Positions 1 to 14,500 of a stretch of 64,000 nucleotides of DNA are shown here, piece by piece. The stretch comes from Gnetum montanum (lineage: Eukaryota > Plantae > Gnetophyta). Numbering within the stretch: position 1 is the stretch's first letter; each line of letters begins with the position of its first letter. The stretch is taken from NCBI GenBank assembly GCA_015680685.1, contig MNCI01002923.1, positions 1,242,458 through 1,306,457 on the forward strand, written 5' to 3'. The translations under genes and the position numbers were made by a program. The notes below the pieces were generated by a model, which was given only the letters and a program-made list of their open reading frames with translations, was not told where the DNA came from and did not search any database.

Positions 1-3000
1 TTTGTCAAGTCAAGTTGTAAATAATTAAATAACTTTTGTAATGTAGCACTTTTTTTAGTTAATTACTATAATACTTCCAAATTTTTTTGAACAATACAAT
101 CCTAAATTTGTTAACTTAAGGATGAATTTTTAGTTAGTCATGGAGATATGATGAATGTTGAGTTAGTTGGTCATGACAATGCATTAGAGTTAACATATGC
201 TATGCTTCTCCAATGCATCATCGTTGACATATGCTATGCTTTTTCAATGCATTAGCATTAATGAAATCATAATAAATACTTATAAATATCATTCACCCAC
301 CAAATCTATGATACTATTGAGTATTTTCCTTAGTAGAACTTTGTCAGGTTATTTCTATAGTAGTTAGCAATAGTCACTAAGTGCTCATAGCATGAACCAA
401 GTGGATTGTATGAAATTTTATTTGAGTGGGCATGTACTTATATACATTTTCATGGTGGTAATAAAATTAAGATCCATTTTCTTCATTGCAACACTTGACT
501 TAGATTTTTAGTTTCATTTGTTACAATTTACTTTAAGTGTTCTTTAATCTCATGCACTTAGATAATTTATTTACTTTTTATCACACTTAATCAAATTGCA
601 TGAGTGTAACCAACTTCAAGCATAAGAGTGCTAACATTTGGTAATCCTAGTAGTGGACATTTGGTAACTCAAGGATATTGATGCATATTCAGGATGTATA
701 TGACAAGTTGGGAATGGATACTCTATGCTTATGCTAAATTAGATTTATTTTTATCCTTACATTAAATAGTTTAGAAATTTAATATTTTAATATTTCAATA
801 ATAATATTCTTTTCATGTGTCTCAATCACACTTAACCATACAAAGTAAGCCTACAAAAGTGTGATAGGAAGATAGAAACTAGAGACCTGATGCTTAGATA
901 TCTAAGGCATTTAAACTAGTCTTAGTCCATAGAATTCAGCTAGATTGCATGTAAATGCTTATGATCTATATGGTTAGGTACAGCCACTTGTCAATATTGT
1001 TTGCAACAAAAGAAGATAAATGAAGTACATAACTATAGTTCCTAGGTTATAAAGTATACTAAAAATTCAATTGCATTACATATTATTATTAACAAATCAT
1101 ACCATGGAAAAATGCTAGAGATTATGGGCTAATTAGACTATTGCAAGTTTTAATTGTAACAAACCAACAATGCTAGAGCATTGTATTAAAAAAATGTTAG
1201 ATGTAGGGGTGTTGAATGCCCAGAATAATTATAATATAGCTCAATTAGAATTTTATAACTCAACATTACTTAGTAGAATCAACCCAATGACTTGGAGCTT
1301 TCAAATCAATAGTCTTACCACTAGGTTAACACCTCATTAATTGGAATGCCACTTATGGGAAGGAAATAATGGTAATTGTAATGACCCTTGATGATAACGA
1401 TCTTAGTTTGGTAAAAAAATCATGTAAAGAATTCTGAAACTAGATAGATAAAAATAAACTTTTCGGTTTCAATTTAAGCTATTAAGCAAAGAAATCATAA
1501 CCACTGCTAGTACCAAATTTACCAACTTTTACGAGAATATGAATTTATTATACATACCTATTTTAGAAATTTAATTAAGCTTGGATGCAATTGAATAGAA
1601 ATATATTTACTTTTCTTAACTAACAAAGTTTCTTGCATCTGCAACAACTATAGTTGACTTTGATTCTTCCTAATGAAGACTAATGATGGTTAGATAAATA
1701 ATATGTTACCTTCTCAAATTCTAAAGATCCCCTAATTTTAAGCCAATTGATTGAATTCATTAATAAAGGTATAGCTTTCTGGTTAAAGGTCCAATGGTCC
1801 TACGGTTTAGATATTGTTACCCTACTAGGAGTTTGAAGATTGTCAGTTAAGAAAGTCCTTTGAGTTTTTGAAGGCAGGAAAAAATGAAGAAAGAAGACCT
1901 GGCACTAGTAAATAATGGTAATGAAGAATACCATAAATTTAAGTACTGGACTTTTTTCGGAAATGCGACATCACATTTTCTAGAATCCAATTTTAGATTA
2001 TTTGTGAGGAATAGAAGATACTGCAAATCGATAAATATTCAATTTTTAGGTATCTAGTAATTCTTAAGTTCTCTTAAAATTGGGATAAACATTACAAGCT
2101 TTGCTGGATTATGACTTAGCATTTTAAAATTGCACGGCAGCTTCAAGTCACACCAAATGAATGCTACGGTGCATTCACCCAAGTCGAAATAAATATTTCT
2201 AGACTAATATACAATAATCAAAACTTTTTCACAAATGTTCACAAATGTTTAACAACATTTTCCCACTATGAATATATTTTTTATTTTTTACATTCAGCAT
2301 TTGTTTTCCTCACTCTTGCCTTCTTATTTTGAAAAATATAATCTAATATTTCATGCAAAATCATAATTTGAAAAATCAATGATTGATCATAGGTGAAAAT
2401 AACAAACTAATTCAAAATCAAATAGAATATATAATCTAATACATGGTTATAATTTTTGTATGAATTTTTTAAGTTTAATGCATTGAATGTTGTTAATTCT
2501 TAGCTAATTGGTGAAATTTAAAATGATGTTATATTTGAATTATACTATAACTAAGCTTTACCATTAGAAAATGAGAAATTTATTATCATAAAATAGAAAC
2601 ATTCTGTATCTAATCATAGTGGATTTTTGGAATCAATACCATTTTTCAATCTATGTACATAAAACATTTATCTAGTATGTGACTTTTTGTATTCATATAC
2701 CCTCCTATTATGTAAGCCTTTTACCCTGAAATTATAGCTTGAGAAGGGAATAGCAATCAGTCACATCTGGTTTTTCCTCCTTTTAATGGCATTATAGAGA
2801 AGAATAATGCATTCTTAGTGTAACAGGCACCATTAGCTTATGACATGTAAACACAAAATGGAGTAATGTCTTTAGAATTTGATTGTTACAAATGAAGTCT
2901 AGTAACAAATATTAGAAAACATTCACATGAATGTAGTTGTAAGAATAGCAACACATCTACACAATTCTTCATGTTTTAGTTCCAAAACCAAAAATGTTTA

Positions 3001-5379
3001 TGCATATGTTAGAATTTCAAAACTCCAAAGAACAAAGAGTGAGTTTTTACACTATTCACAACTACAAATTCAGACATGAAAATTAAACAACAAAGTAGTA
3101 GCAAAAATGAAAACCGTAGATCACTATGTTGGCAATGTTGCGGTGTAGAATGGCGAGCTAGAAGAATGCATGATGGCAAAGCATAGCTCTTTGGAAGTAA
3201 GAATTTGCTAAATATAAGGTGATGTCAAAATAAAATGTAGGGAAGTATTTGCAGATAGTGAAAACAAGGCCTCATCAAAGGAGCATGAGAGTATCATGGA
3301 CCAAGTACCTTCACTTGTGCTTCAAGAAATTTTATGTATTTTATGGTCTAATCTAGCATGCACACCATATTGAGCCATGCACTTCCTAGAGGAATAAGTT
3401 ATTTGATTACATCAAGCATCTCTTAGATATTTAAATGACACTATCATACAAACACTCTTTATGGCTCAATGGATGTGCATATGACAGGTAGGGTTGGAAC
3501 CAGAGATAACTACGAATAAGGAAAAAAAAACAAGAATGTTTGTCACGAATTGCTTTAATCATGTAGCATGCTATTGTTGCTGCTGGAATGTCCATCCTTC
3601 TTTTCTTCTGAGGTATAATATTGTCATCTCAAGGACCTAAACATGACAATAAAACGTTAGAAATTTTTGTTTTTATAAGGTTAGGGTTTCCAAGAGAAAA
3701 CATTGGTCATGTGAGTATTTCTAGAGCAGTCAATGAATCCAGGTTTGGAAAGGTGAAGCACAATTGGCTAGTATTGGCAGAATCACATCCCATTAGAGGA
3801 GGAGGATAGGGAAAATCATTTTTCTAGAGGTTCATCCAAGTGATGCTGCTTTCATGCAAATCTGTTTGATCGAGGGCACCATGGCTACAAGAGATATGTT
3901 GCCTTAACGTTTCTCTATATCATTAGCTTCTGTTCTACTTCCTTCAGTTTAAATTTAGTGAAATTTCACGTTAGTATTATTGTCGTTAACATAGAAGCAA
4001 CTAGTTTTTAAAGTCATATAGTTCTACATTCTTGCAATTGAAGTTCATAGTTAGCATAATCTACATGACCACATCATCTTTGCAAAAAATTTTCCAAGTG
4101 TCAAGGCTACACTCTCACCTCCAGCACTATGCTCTAGAGCATAGTTAACATAACAAGCATTGAGCCTCATTTTTTAACAAGATTTGCCTAACTCCTAGGA
4201 CTACTCTACAAAGTGTAGTCATGCAAAACTACCTCTAGAAGCCTCCAAAACTTAGCACTAGCCTACATCTCAGCTCCAACATTCCTTCAGCAAGCAAGAT
4301 CAACAATTTGCATTTCATTTGTACCCCCTCCCCATTTGCCGTTGAATTGTACCTACGCTCAACACCACTCAAGAGAGTGGGCAACATAGTCCTAGAGCGT
4401 AGTCTCCAAAACTGCATTGTTTTGCACTATTTTCAAGTACATTGTGATCTATTTGGCACTCACACATGCATTATTGGTAGCATAGTCATGCTCTGGCAGT
4501 TTCACAAGGTCCATTGAAGCACACTAGTAGAACACCATTTTGCTTCAGTGGAAGCATAGTTGGGGCTAGCGTAGTCCCAACCATCCCTTTGCCACGTGGC
4601 ACCCAATCCATGATTCACGCTAACCTTAGGCCTATAAATACCCTAATTCTTCACATTTTATGGGTTGTCATTTTTGGAATTTTGGTTGGAAAATCTAAAA
4701 TGAGGTGGGCATTTTGGTATTTTTAACAAATCACTTGGCATAGAGCATACTTAGCATTTCATGCAGACACCGTTGCAATCCACCATGACACCATTGTACA
4801 CCACCCAGCACATTATGCACCATCACAATATGTAAGACACAGTGGTAGCCAACACGGTAGGCTCAGACTTCACTGTGATGTTAGTTCTTTGTAGATAGAC
4901 ACCTTGAGATTGTGACTATGTTACCTACTATGCTTGTTTGTACACTACATACCTTCTCAACTTTTCTTTGCAATTGAATATGCTTCCCTTGTTTGGGATG
5001 ATGCCTTTCTTTCTTGATCACATTCGGTGCATTTTTCACATTTTCCCCTACATTTTAGCAATCTTCTCATATTTTTCATTATTTAAGCACATATTCATGC
5101 ACTTGCATCCTTGTTTTTGCATCCAAAACCTCTACTACGCTCACACCTATGAACATTGTGGACATCACAAAACACTGCATCTCCCTTTCACACACATTTC
5201 GTCGTAACACCCGTAAGTCCCAATTCAATCAACAAGACCATTCTGGGCACCCTTCTTCCATTCCTAGAAAGCCCTTATGCCAAAGTAGGGTCGAGGCTGT
5301 GCAACCATGAACCTCTTAGAGTACCATTCTAGCCTCTACCATTTTCAATCGCTATAACTTCGTGCCTAGCATGGGCAAT

Positions 5380-5405
5380 GTTGGCATCAACACGTAGCCC
5401 CCAAA
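5380..5405 (-). other. Possible PPT and 3' LTR start of a minus-strand element (perhaps D)
   Basis: The minus strand reads TTTGGGGGCTACG followed by TGTTGATGCC, a PPT-like purine tract then TG. No partner LTR was found. Confidence 0.3.
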
Positions 5406-5905
5406 CTAGAAATTGCATGCAAGTGCAAGTAATAGCAAAACTATATAAATTTTAAAATGAGATGTAAAAGATAGAGGATAGAAAAGATCATAAAACAAAA
5501 ATAAATAGAAATTTGAAAGTAAACTATATTAATCTAAACATGATTAAAATAACCATATAATCAAGAGAGTACTAAACGTGGGCCACCCTTGCCACACCAT
5601 CTTATTTAATCAAGATCTAAACATATACTCTTTATAAATCATAACTTTAACTACATAGATATATATATAATTTTTAATATATAATTAAGATCTCATTCTC
5701 AATCTTCTCACAAGATAAAAGTAAAAAGTATGTGGACTACTTTGAGCACAAGACTTATACTAAACTTTATAAAGAGGACATGTTTTTCATGTCATAACTA
5801 GCCACAACTTTTAGTTTTTTTCCTTTTTTTTCTTGAATTTTGGGGAAATAGGTTTAAGGGAATGGAGGCTAGGGTGAGCATTGCTACCGAATCCCGTCAC
5901 ACTAC

Positions 5906-7144
5906 TGAAAAACTGTAAAATTTTGAGACCTCGATGATTCAGCAAGGTCTCGAAGTTCAGGCAAAGATTTCCATAAGTGGCACATTTAAGGGCCTGCTAC
6001 ACTATGCTACATAGCTCAATGTAGCAGACATCAGGAGGATTGAACAGAAACAAGGGATGCACAGCAACAACACTTCAACTTTGCAAGCTGGCCATGATTC
6101 AGAATCTTAACTTTTGTCATACTACGCCACGTTACGCTACACAGCGTAACACAGCGTAACGCAAGTAGTGCAGTTGACTTATCCGTAGCAACAAAGGTTA
6201 CAAAGTTCAAACAGTGGTAGTCATTACACCATGATACGCTTCCCAACGTATCGTAGTGTAGTTGCGGGACAGTTTATTCAGCGCAAGAGACATGGTCAAA
6301 TAAACTATCTCCTTGAAGGGTGGTTACGCTATACTACACTTCAGAGCATAGCACAGTGTAGCGTTACAAACTTCAATTACAGCACATCAAGTCAACAATA
6401 TTTTGTGGGCCCAAGACACACATCATCTAAACTACGTTCTTCTCCTAACCCTAATCTTATAAATACCCTGGCAGACAATGCTCAAGGGGTTGCCAATTAT
6501 TAGCAAATTTTTGACAATATCTCTTGGCAAAGACTGGTGAGACGATGAGAAAGAGTTTGCAATAGAAGAGCATCGATGGTGACCTACAGGAACTTTTGAC
6601 TAGAGATTTCAAGTTAGTAAACACTTTGCTTCGAGTCTAACTCCCTTGCACCCAGATTGGCTAGAACAAGGTAGATTCACCTTTGCTTGTTTTGTCTCTG
6701 ATTAGCTTCTTGTTTATAGCGAACACTTCGTTCAAACCAAAGTTCACTTGTAAATCTCGTTGTATTCATCATATTTATCTATAAGGGAGATCCCAAATCT
6801 CGGGATCGTGCATGTTCCAATTTCAATTCATTGCATCTTATTTACATTAAGTTTTGTGATCATTTTGCATAATTTACACCGCCTTCATTGCCTTCGAGAT
6901 CCAATCTTAGAGCAAATCTTGTTTTCTCGTAAATCGATAATATGTTTTCATATTAAGTCGTCACCTCGTTATACAATCATTGACAAATTTATTGATTGAG
7001 TAAGTCCCTGTTTGATCGACAAGACCATTCAGGGCACCTCAGATTCATTTTCTCCAGCACGGCCCTCATGCAGATCCGGGGTTAAAACTGTGTACACAAA
7101 AATTTCCTCGATGTTTCCAGCAACCGACGTTTTCCATCGTTACA
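5906..7144 (+). repeat. Element A 5' LTR
   Basis: Starts TGAAAAACTG and ends CATCGTTACA. Collinear with 19032-20282. TATAAATA at 6458-6465. Confidence 0.92.
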
Positions 7145-7150
7145 GTTTTC

Positions 7151-7178
7151 TAGCACTAGAAGGAGGGGTTGAACCTCC
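7151..7178 (+). promoter_or_regulatory. Primer-binding site of element A, complementary to tRNA-Asn(GUU) 3' end
   Basis: TAGCACTAGAAGGAGGGGTTGAACCTCC versus the recalled reverse complement of plant tRNA-Asn, TGGCGCTAGAAGGAGGGGTCGAACCTCC (3 transitions). Lies 6 nt after the LTR. Confidence 0.8.
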
Positions 7179-7453
7179 TATCTGTGTTTCACAGGTAATC
7201 CTATAAGTTGTCTGTACCCATTATCAACAAACATAAACGTAATACCTTTGTGGTTGTTTACGTGATAGTGTGGTATAGATCTGTCGCTCTAATGATTCCT
7301 TTGGAATCCAGCAGGATAGAAAGCCCATGTCTGCCTTTAATCTACCTTTACCTTTGTGATCTTCAGTCTTGTTATCATTAATTTCTAGCTGTGTAGAGAA
7401 TGGTTGTACCGACTACCATTGTTGCCACTACTAATCTCGAAAACCCCTAGACA

Positions 7454-10400
7454 ATGCAGATTACACCTGTCGTTGAGTCCCCGGCTAGTCTGGTGCGGTC
7501 ACGCCGATCCCTCAGGATTCAAAATAAAGAGCCTAAGGGACACACTCAACGCACAGAACACTACAACTTTCTCTATGCCAAGTTTGTGGTGAACCTACCC
7601 ATGTACCCACAAGAACTCGAAGCAAAACATGAATACGAGTTCATCTACTATAACGGGAAAGAATTCGTGCCTTCGCCTGACGCTTTCATACCCCTGATGG
7701 ATGCTGGATTAGCTGTTAATGACTAAAGCATCAACGAAATAATGAGATGAGGTTTTCCATGAGGAAGCGTCCCATGATGGGCAGGAAGACATAGATACCC
7801 ACTCCGAGGAAGGTAGTCACGCTAACTTTGTCATGGCTCCCCCCTCCACAGTGTCCCATGTAAATCCGTTGTTTATGGTTACTACGCCACTATCGTTTTC
7901 TACCACCGACCGTGTTGCGCATGGGGCCCATCAGCATTTCTTCTCTTCGACTACCTTCCCGGGAGTTATTCCTTCATAGACCATTCCTCTGCAATCCCAG
8001 CCAACCAAGCCGTTTCATCGTATACCTACACCTACATCACCGCATGTGCATGTAGTACCTACTTCACAGTTACATACCGCTTCTACCAACCCAACTATTG
8101 CTCCTGCATAACCATTAATGACAGGACCTGCCACTGTCGCATGGTGGGCTCCAAATACATCACCTCTTATTGCACAACCTATGCAGATGTCTTATCTCCC
8201 ACATAATCAAAGCCAAGTCCCGTAGGCAGTAAACTCGACTACAAGGTCATTACCTGTGCCCCCAGCTGCGTAAACAGCGTACCCTATAGCACAATCGACC
8301 ATGGTAGCCCCCTGTACCACTTGCCAGGTGGTGGATGACATAAGCGATACTGTCGCCTACAGGGACGATTCCAACTACATCGCTCATGGGCCATGCTACT
8401 ACCCCTATCCCGCCACCCAACGTGGTCTAGATCAAGCCTTCCAACTTATCCACAAGTCTAGATCAAGCCTTCCAACTTACCCAAACCCTTACCGAGGAGG
8501 TAAAATGCCTCAAGGCTGCCGGTTCCAACACAATACAGGTCATGGATTTTTACCATGATGATCCTATCAGTCTGGCAATGCCTGTTTTGTCGCTACCTCC
8601 TGGGATGCCACTCCCCCATTTTACAATATACAATGGGGAGGGCGATCCCAACACCCATTTAGTTACCTTCAAGTTAGAGTCGTTGTTACTACAGCAATGG
8701 CCACATACCATCATCCAAGTCTTTGCTATGTCCCTAATGGCTAAAGCTTTAGACTAGTGCCATGCACTCCCACACTCTTCCATCTCAACATTGGAAGAGC
8801 TGCTAACTCAGTTTGTGACTCGTTTCAACTACAACATGAAACTAGAAGTTACATTGGACCAATTAATGAGAGTTATGCAGGATCCACTCGAGCCAGTCCA
8901 AAAGTTTATATAGCAGTGGAGCGCCACCTTGAACGAAATCCGTGAATCCATTGCGGAGTCTCACCTATTGGCAATCTTCAAGGGGGCAGTCAATGACTTC
9001 ATCAAGTCTAAGTTGTATTACCTTGCTCCTCGCTCCCTCAACCAAGCCTTCACTCAGACTAAGATCATTCAAGATGCGGCCGAGGCTAGTAAAGACCCAA
9101 CGTATGTGGTCTACAAAAGTGCCCACAATAAGAGCAAAGACAAGGGCAAAGCTACAACAATGAAAGTAGCAACTATAGCCGAAGGGGCCAAGAAGAAGAA
9201 TAACAACAAGAAAGTATCTATGGCACCTGTTAAGCCCACAACTAGTTCAAACAACACCGATCAAGAAACATCACCCACCCCTGAGGCATCTCCATAGCCA
9301 AATCCTAATTTTGAGCGTAAGGACCACTCAAAATACATGGCTCTACCTGTAAAGCCTTCAGAGCTTTTGAAGTAATTACTGGAAACTGGTCAAATTTAAC
9401 ATAAGAAGATATCCAAGGAGAGTCTAAAATGCCACAGATGGCAAAAACCCCTCCTTGGCCCTGCCTAATGAACCGCTAGTCCCTAAGAACTTCAGGCTAG
9501 ATCGTTTTTGCGACTACCACCAACTGTGTGGTCATGACACGGATTACTGCTAGGCGTTGAAATATGACATTCAACGCATGATCAATCAAGGTAAACTGAT
9601 CCTAGACAGCAGTAGTCTGGTCCATCCAGAAAACCAATCCATGCATGTGTACCAAGACCCGTTAAATGCAAATAACATAGGGTACACTATTAATGTAGTA
9701 GGTATATAGGGCGATGGCCAAGGATAGCCAAAACAACCTTTTCTATTGGGTGTGCCTCCTCGCCCACCTCAAGTGACAAGCTCGTCAACATCGACGGGTG
9801 CAGCCTAGCGATAACCTTTTTTCCTCCGAGTCCCATCTCCTAGCTTCGTTCCGTAGTCTACTGTCGATAAAGTCATGGCCCAGCCCATGCCCACACCTAG
9901 GGCACCCTTTGTCATCAGGGTGCCAAAGCCATCAATTGCTCCTGCTATGCAGGAGCACATCTTTAAGTCAATGCCCCAACCCTAACCTAACCGAAAAGGA
10001 GAAGGACATATGATGGGTAACACAACCAAGGATCGACTTACACTGGGGTTTCCCAAGCCTACACCCATTGCCTTAGTGCCCTTGGCCCTACCATCTAAAA
10101 AATATGATACTACGCAAATGTGACCATCTTCTCCCAACCCAAGAAAATGCAACCCTCAACTAGAAACCATTCCTCCCTAAGAGATCCATCTCCTAGGACA
10201 AATGGAAGAAGAGAAGGGTAACAAACAACCAGATCATGGGCATGATCTCCTCGATGTGTTTACGTAAGTTAAGCAGGCTCTTAAACAAAAAAATACAATG
10301 CTAAGCCTCTATGAATTGCTGATGACATCACAAAAGCATCATGAAGCCATGGTTCACATGTTAGCATCCATACCCATGGACGAGAGCTTGCCAACAGATG

Positions 10401-11147
10401 AAGAAGCAATCCATTCGATCATGCTTTCCCTTGCCACTAAACAACCACAGCCTTTCCAACTGACATTTCATGATGAGTCCATTAAGGATGACCCAAAAAA
10501 GGGTCAGGTGACAACAGCTCCCATGTTCATCACTATCCGAGTCGGCCATTATAGAATCTGGAGAGTACACATAGACGATGGGGCCGCTGCCAATGTCATC
10601 CCATTTCCCATAGTGGACAAGCTAGGTTTTCTCGACCAGATCAATCCCACGATAATGTCATGTTTGAAATCATTTAATGGGGCACGAGTGCAAGTCAAAG
10701 GAATAGTACACATCAACTTCGTAGCAGGGGATCAATTCCCCACAGATGTAGTGTTCATCGTCGTTGAGGAGATGCCCGATTTCAACCTAATCTTAGGGAG
10801 GTCTTGGTTAGCTCAATTAAGGGCAGTCTCATCACCCATTCATCAAGAGATCCACTTTCCCTATGCGGGGGCAAGGGGAAGTGATCATCCATGGTGATAA
10901 GATGACCCCCCCCCCCAAAGTGGTTAACAACGTGGAAATGGAACAGGGTTCGGAGATCGAAATCCCTGAAGATCAAACCCCTGCCCCAACAGTAAAATAG
11001 GTCGACGTAGTGGCCAATGAAAGCTTGACTTGGGCTGAACTACCCTTCCAAGGAGAAGATGGTAATGTAGAGGAATGCTATAATAAGCCTCCTCGTCCAT
11101 ATGCATCGCCAAAACTAAAAACAATCAAGCAACAACAACGGAGCTAG
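7454..11147 (+). pseudogene. gag: Element A gag-protease (decayed)
   Basis: Gag core PHFTIYNGEGDPNTHL at ~8610-8660, Zn knuckle CDYHQLCGHDTDYC at ~9509-9550, retropepsin RVHIDDGAAANVIP...FNLILGRSWL at 10560-10810. Many stops and frameshifts. Collinear with B 45224-48917. Confidence 0.85.
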
Positions 11148-11257
11148 CAAAGAAACATGTTGGCATGACATGTCACATTAGTTCATATTGTTCACTGTTA
11201 CTTAATTTATGCTTTTTCTTGTCACATTGTCCTTATTATGCATTTTCATACGCACCT

Positions 11258-11443
11258 CGGCCCGAAATGGCCTAAAACTAGCGATGGCTTGAAATGGCCT
11301 AAAACTAGCAATGGCCCAAAATGGCCTTAAACTAGTTACGGCTCGCTACGGCCTAAAACTAGCAATTTTTTTTATTCTTTTACACTTACGATGGCATGGC
11401 CCGAAATGGCCTTAAAATATTAGTGGCCCACAGTGGCCCAAAA
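11258..11443 (+). repeat. 27-bp tandem repeat (GGCCCGAAATGGCCTAAAACTAGCGAT), about 4-6 degenerate copies
   Basis: Read directly. Reverse complement of the array at 44784-45049 in element B. Confidence 0.85.
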
Positions 11444-11572
11444 TGTGTAACTCTTCTAAAAATACATTTTCCTTCATAAAATCAAAAACTAAAATTTTTA
11501 TATCATATCGATTAAAGAACATTATCCTTCACTCCATTTCATTACAGAAAAATGTTGGTCAATACAGCCATG

Positions 11573-14500
11573 CTACACATCCCCTTTGTTACCACTTCCA
11601 TCTGTGTCATTTACCTCCACCTCCGCCCCATGAGGATCATCCTCATAAGGACCTTCTTCACGCAGTGTCTCTTTGTGGGGGTGACCCTCTCTGTGAGGCT
11701 CCTCCTCACACGCATCCTCTTCGTAAAGGTGATCCTCTCCATGGGGCTCCTTCTCATGGGGATCCTCTTCGTGAGGGCCATCATCTCCTTCACACTCCTC
11801 TTCAAGAGGGCATTCTTTATGTCGATCCTACAATTTGACACAAAACACATGTTAGCATCACCACCGAAATCATGCATAAGAATAATACAACTGTAACATG
11901 GCTTATCTGTGAGGGTCCTATGTCGGCTGCAAAAGGAATCTATTCCAGGATTACTAATAGGCATTGCATGAACTCGTCCTTGGTGAGCTCGACCCAAACG
12001 CCATCTCCTAGATTAGTTCTAGCCTTTACCTTCCCTTTTTCTATAGGAGTCCACTAGGGTGGTTTAGGAAAGAAGGAAGGAACAATAGTCTCCCCACTAG
12101 GGAGGGTTATCTCTCTCTCAGGGGAGGCACTTACTATCACTTGCTCCTAGACTTTTCATAAGCTCCAGAAGCATCGATGACGTCAAGGAACAGTCGTAGG
12201 GACCACACTTCAACCGTGGAATCTCGGTAATGTTAGTGGTAGGTAACACTTTCTTACTTATACATGTGCTTATGGTCTTTCTGTGCCTACCCCCATTCTT
12301 GGACCCTCATGCTAAAATCCTTCTGATCCTGGTTCTTCTGGGCTAGGAGATCCATTTGCATCCATTGCTTAATGAGCTCACGGCTGGCTTGGACATTGTT
12401 TTTGACGACCATCCAATAACAGATGTAGTCGATCACATTTGTCCGCCAATTCTCATCATTGGTCTCTCAAGCTTGCAAAAATACATTTCTGGACTCAAGG
12501 TCCTCAACCCTAACGGTTAAGGCCACATTCTCCTTTTTTGTTTTCTGCAACCTCTTCCAAAGATCTTCATTGACGTTTTGACACTCCCATAGAGAACGGA
12601 CCGGACATAATGCACATTTACGCATCTCATCGTAAAGGTCGTGTGGCACTTCGGTCACCTCTGGTGAGGGTTCAGGGGTAGTGTCCAAGTCAACGGGCTC
12701 TTTGGGATCCCATTTGAGGCAAGATCCTGTAACATGAAAAATAATAGTTAGATGCAACAGAATAACGTAATGTTGTAATTTCAATGATTCCTACGTACCA
12801 ACAGTAGCGTACCAATCTTAGGATCAATTTGCTCTAGGTGATCGATCATATCGTTCACAATGCCCTCCATAAAAGTGAATTTGTCATGAACCTCACCCCA
12901 ATCCTGAGTTGGGGCTATTGACAAAGGTACACCACTGTTATCAAAAGTTCCTACTATGCACACAAAATGAGTTAAATATAGCATAGTAGACACAAAGTCA
13001 ATTGAGATGCTACAATAACATAAAAATCTAATTTAGCAAACCCCTAAGGGTAATAGCGGGAAGATTGTCGTCCGAGGAAAGGTCAAACTCACCAGCGATG
13101 AACCACTTCTCCTTTTCTGACTTATCCAAAAGAACCTCAACGTCCTCTACACCTGTATCCCCTTTGGGCACAGGAACCTATGCTACCTACTCTATTGACA
13201 GGGGCCTACTCTTCCAAAATTGGGGCCCCTTCCTTATGCCACAAAATCACGGCCCCTATTTCAGGGGTTAATTCCTCTACACCTTTACCTTTTCTTGTCA
13301 AACACATCACAGTTAACAAAAAAACACAAGGAAAAACAAAAGAAAAAAACTTTACTTAATTTTCACAAGTGCTACGTGACACAAAAATGTCTATACATAG
13401 CGTAATATGCATAAACTAATCACACATTCCTCTACTTACCAGCCAGAGGATCGTTCCTATGAAACTTAATTCGTAGTTTCCTTCCCTCCTCACCAGTCGA
13501 GCTAGAAGACTCCAAAGCTAGATGATGCTTTTTCCACTGAACTAATGAAGTTACTATTTCCACCACCAGGCATTTCCCCCTCGACGCACTGCCAATGTAA
13601 GAAGGGGGCACCCCACCCATGCTGTCTTGACCTCGCACGAGAGGTGCCACCCGATCCTTAGTCGTTAGTAAATATGACTCCCCGATACCTTCAGGGGGAT
13701 CCTAGGATTGGATGGTGTGGAAGACCTGGGAAATCCAGGGTTTGGAAATCTAGTTACAATCTTGCTGTACCTAGACTCCATCCCTACAAACCACCAGGAA
13801 TTCGGAAAAATGTCAAAGGCAAGCTATGAAAAAGGCAAAATGCATGTTGAAACGAGACTCAAGCTTCTTGTGAAGCTTGACCATTTCAGCCTGTAGGCCT
13901 TCAGCAAGGTAACTGACCCAATTATACCGTGTCCCCTCCTCCATAACCTCCTGCATGATCCAAGCCTACTCTATGCCAAGGATTCTTCCTTGGGAGAGTA
14001 GCCTGGGAAAAGTGCGAGCTCGAAAGAGTGGATAAATGGTATTAGCCACCTTTAGCTTGATTTTATCAGTGAGGATGCCTTTTGATTCTTTTTTAAACCC
14101 TAGCCACTCCTCTATGTCCTTTTGATGCTTAGAACCTCTCTTTGACCTTTCTTCCATTGGAAGACCATCAGAAGGAATGCCAAAAAATTCAGCGAATAGT
14201 CAAGCATTAATATCAAAATTCACACGCACGTTATGCACACGCATGTGAAGACGCTCGGCTTCTTCACTAAAAGAGTCAACTAGGGTTAACATTTCAGATA
14301 CTGTGACATCGAGGGTCATAGCTAGAAATAGGTCCATCAATCCAGCTTCCTGAAGGTTATTAGTTATGGCAGCTGGAGCAGCTCCATGGTAGAGCCAGTG
14401 TTGCACTTCTTTTATGTCACCATAACAGAAAAAGAGACTACTCGCCTCATGCCTAGAAGCCATCACCGTGACCTCTCGTGATTCCCTAACTATGAACATA

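Noticed and set aside
1930-2040. Minus-strand peptide NNLKLDSRKCDVAFPKKVQYL resembling an RT motif
   Set aside because: A single short motif in AT-rich DNA with no supporting upstream RT motifs recognisable.
1-5380. Genes or classifiable elements in the left AT-rich region
   Set aside because: Only short motif-less ORFs and small duplications (for example ~190-255). Probably old TE debris that cannot be classified by eye.
5899-5905. CACTA transposon terminus
   Set aside because: ACTAC is the TSD of element A. No matching TIR or subterminal repeats were found.
6031-6999. ORFs duplicated between LTR pairs (also 19752-20137, 32517-32747 and 49729-49980)
   Set aside because: Similarity simply reflects LTR duplication and there are no protein motifs.
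7151-7178. tRNA gene
   Set aside because: Only the antisense 3' end of a tRNA next to an LTR, so it is a PBS.
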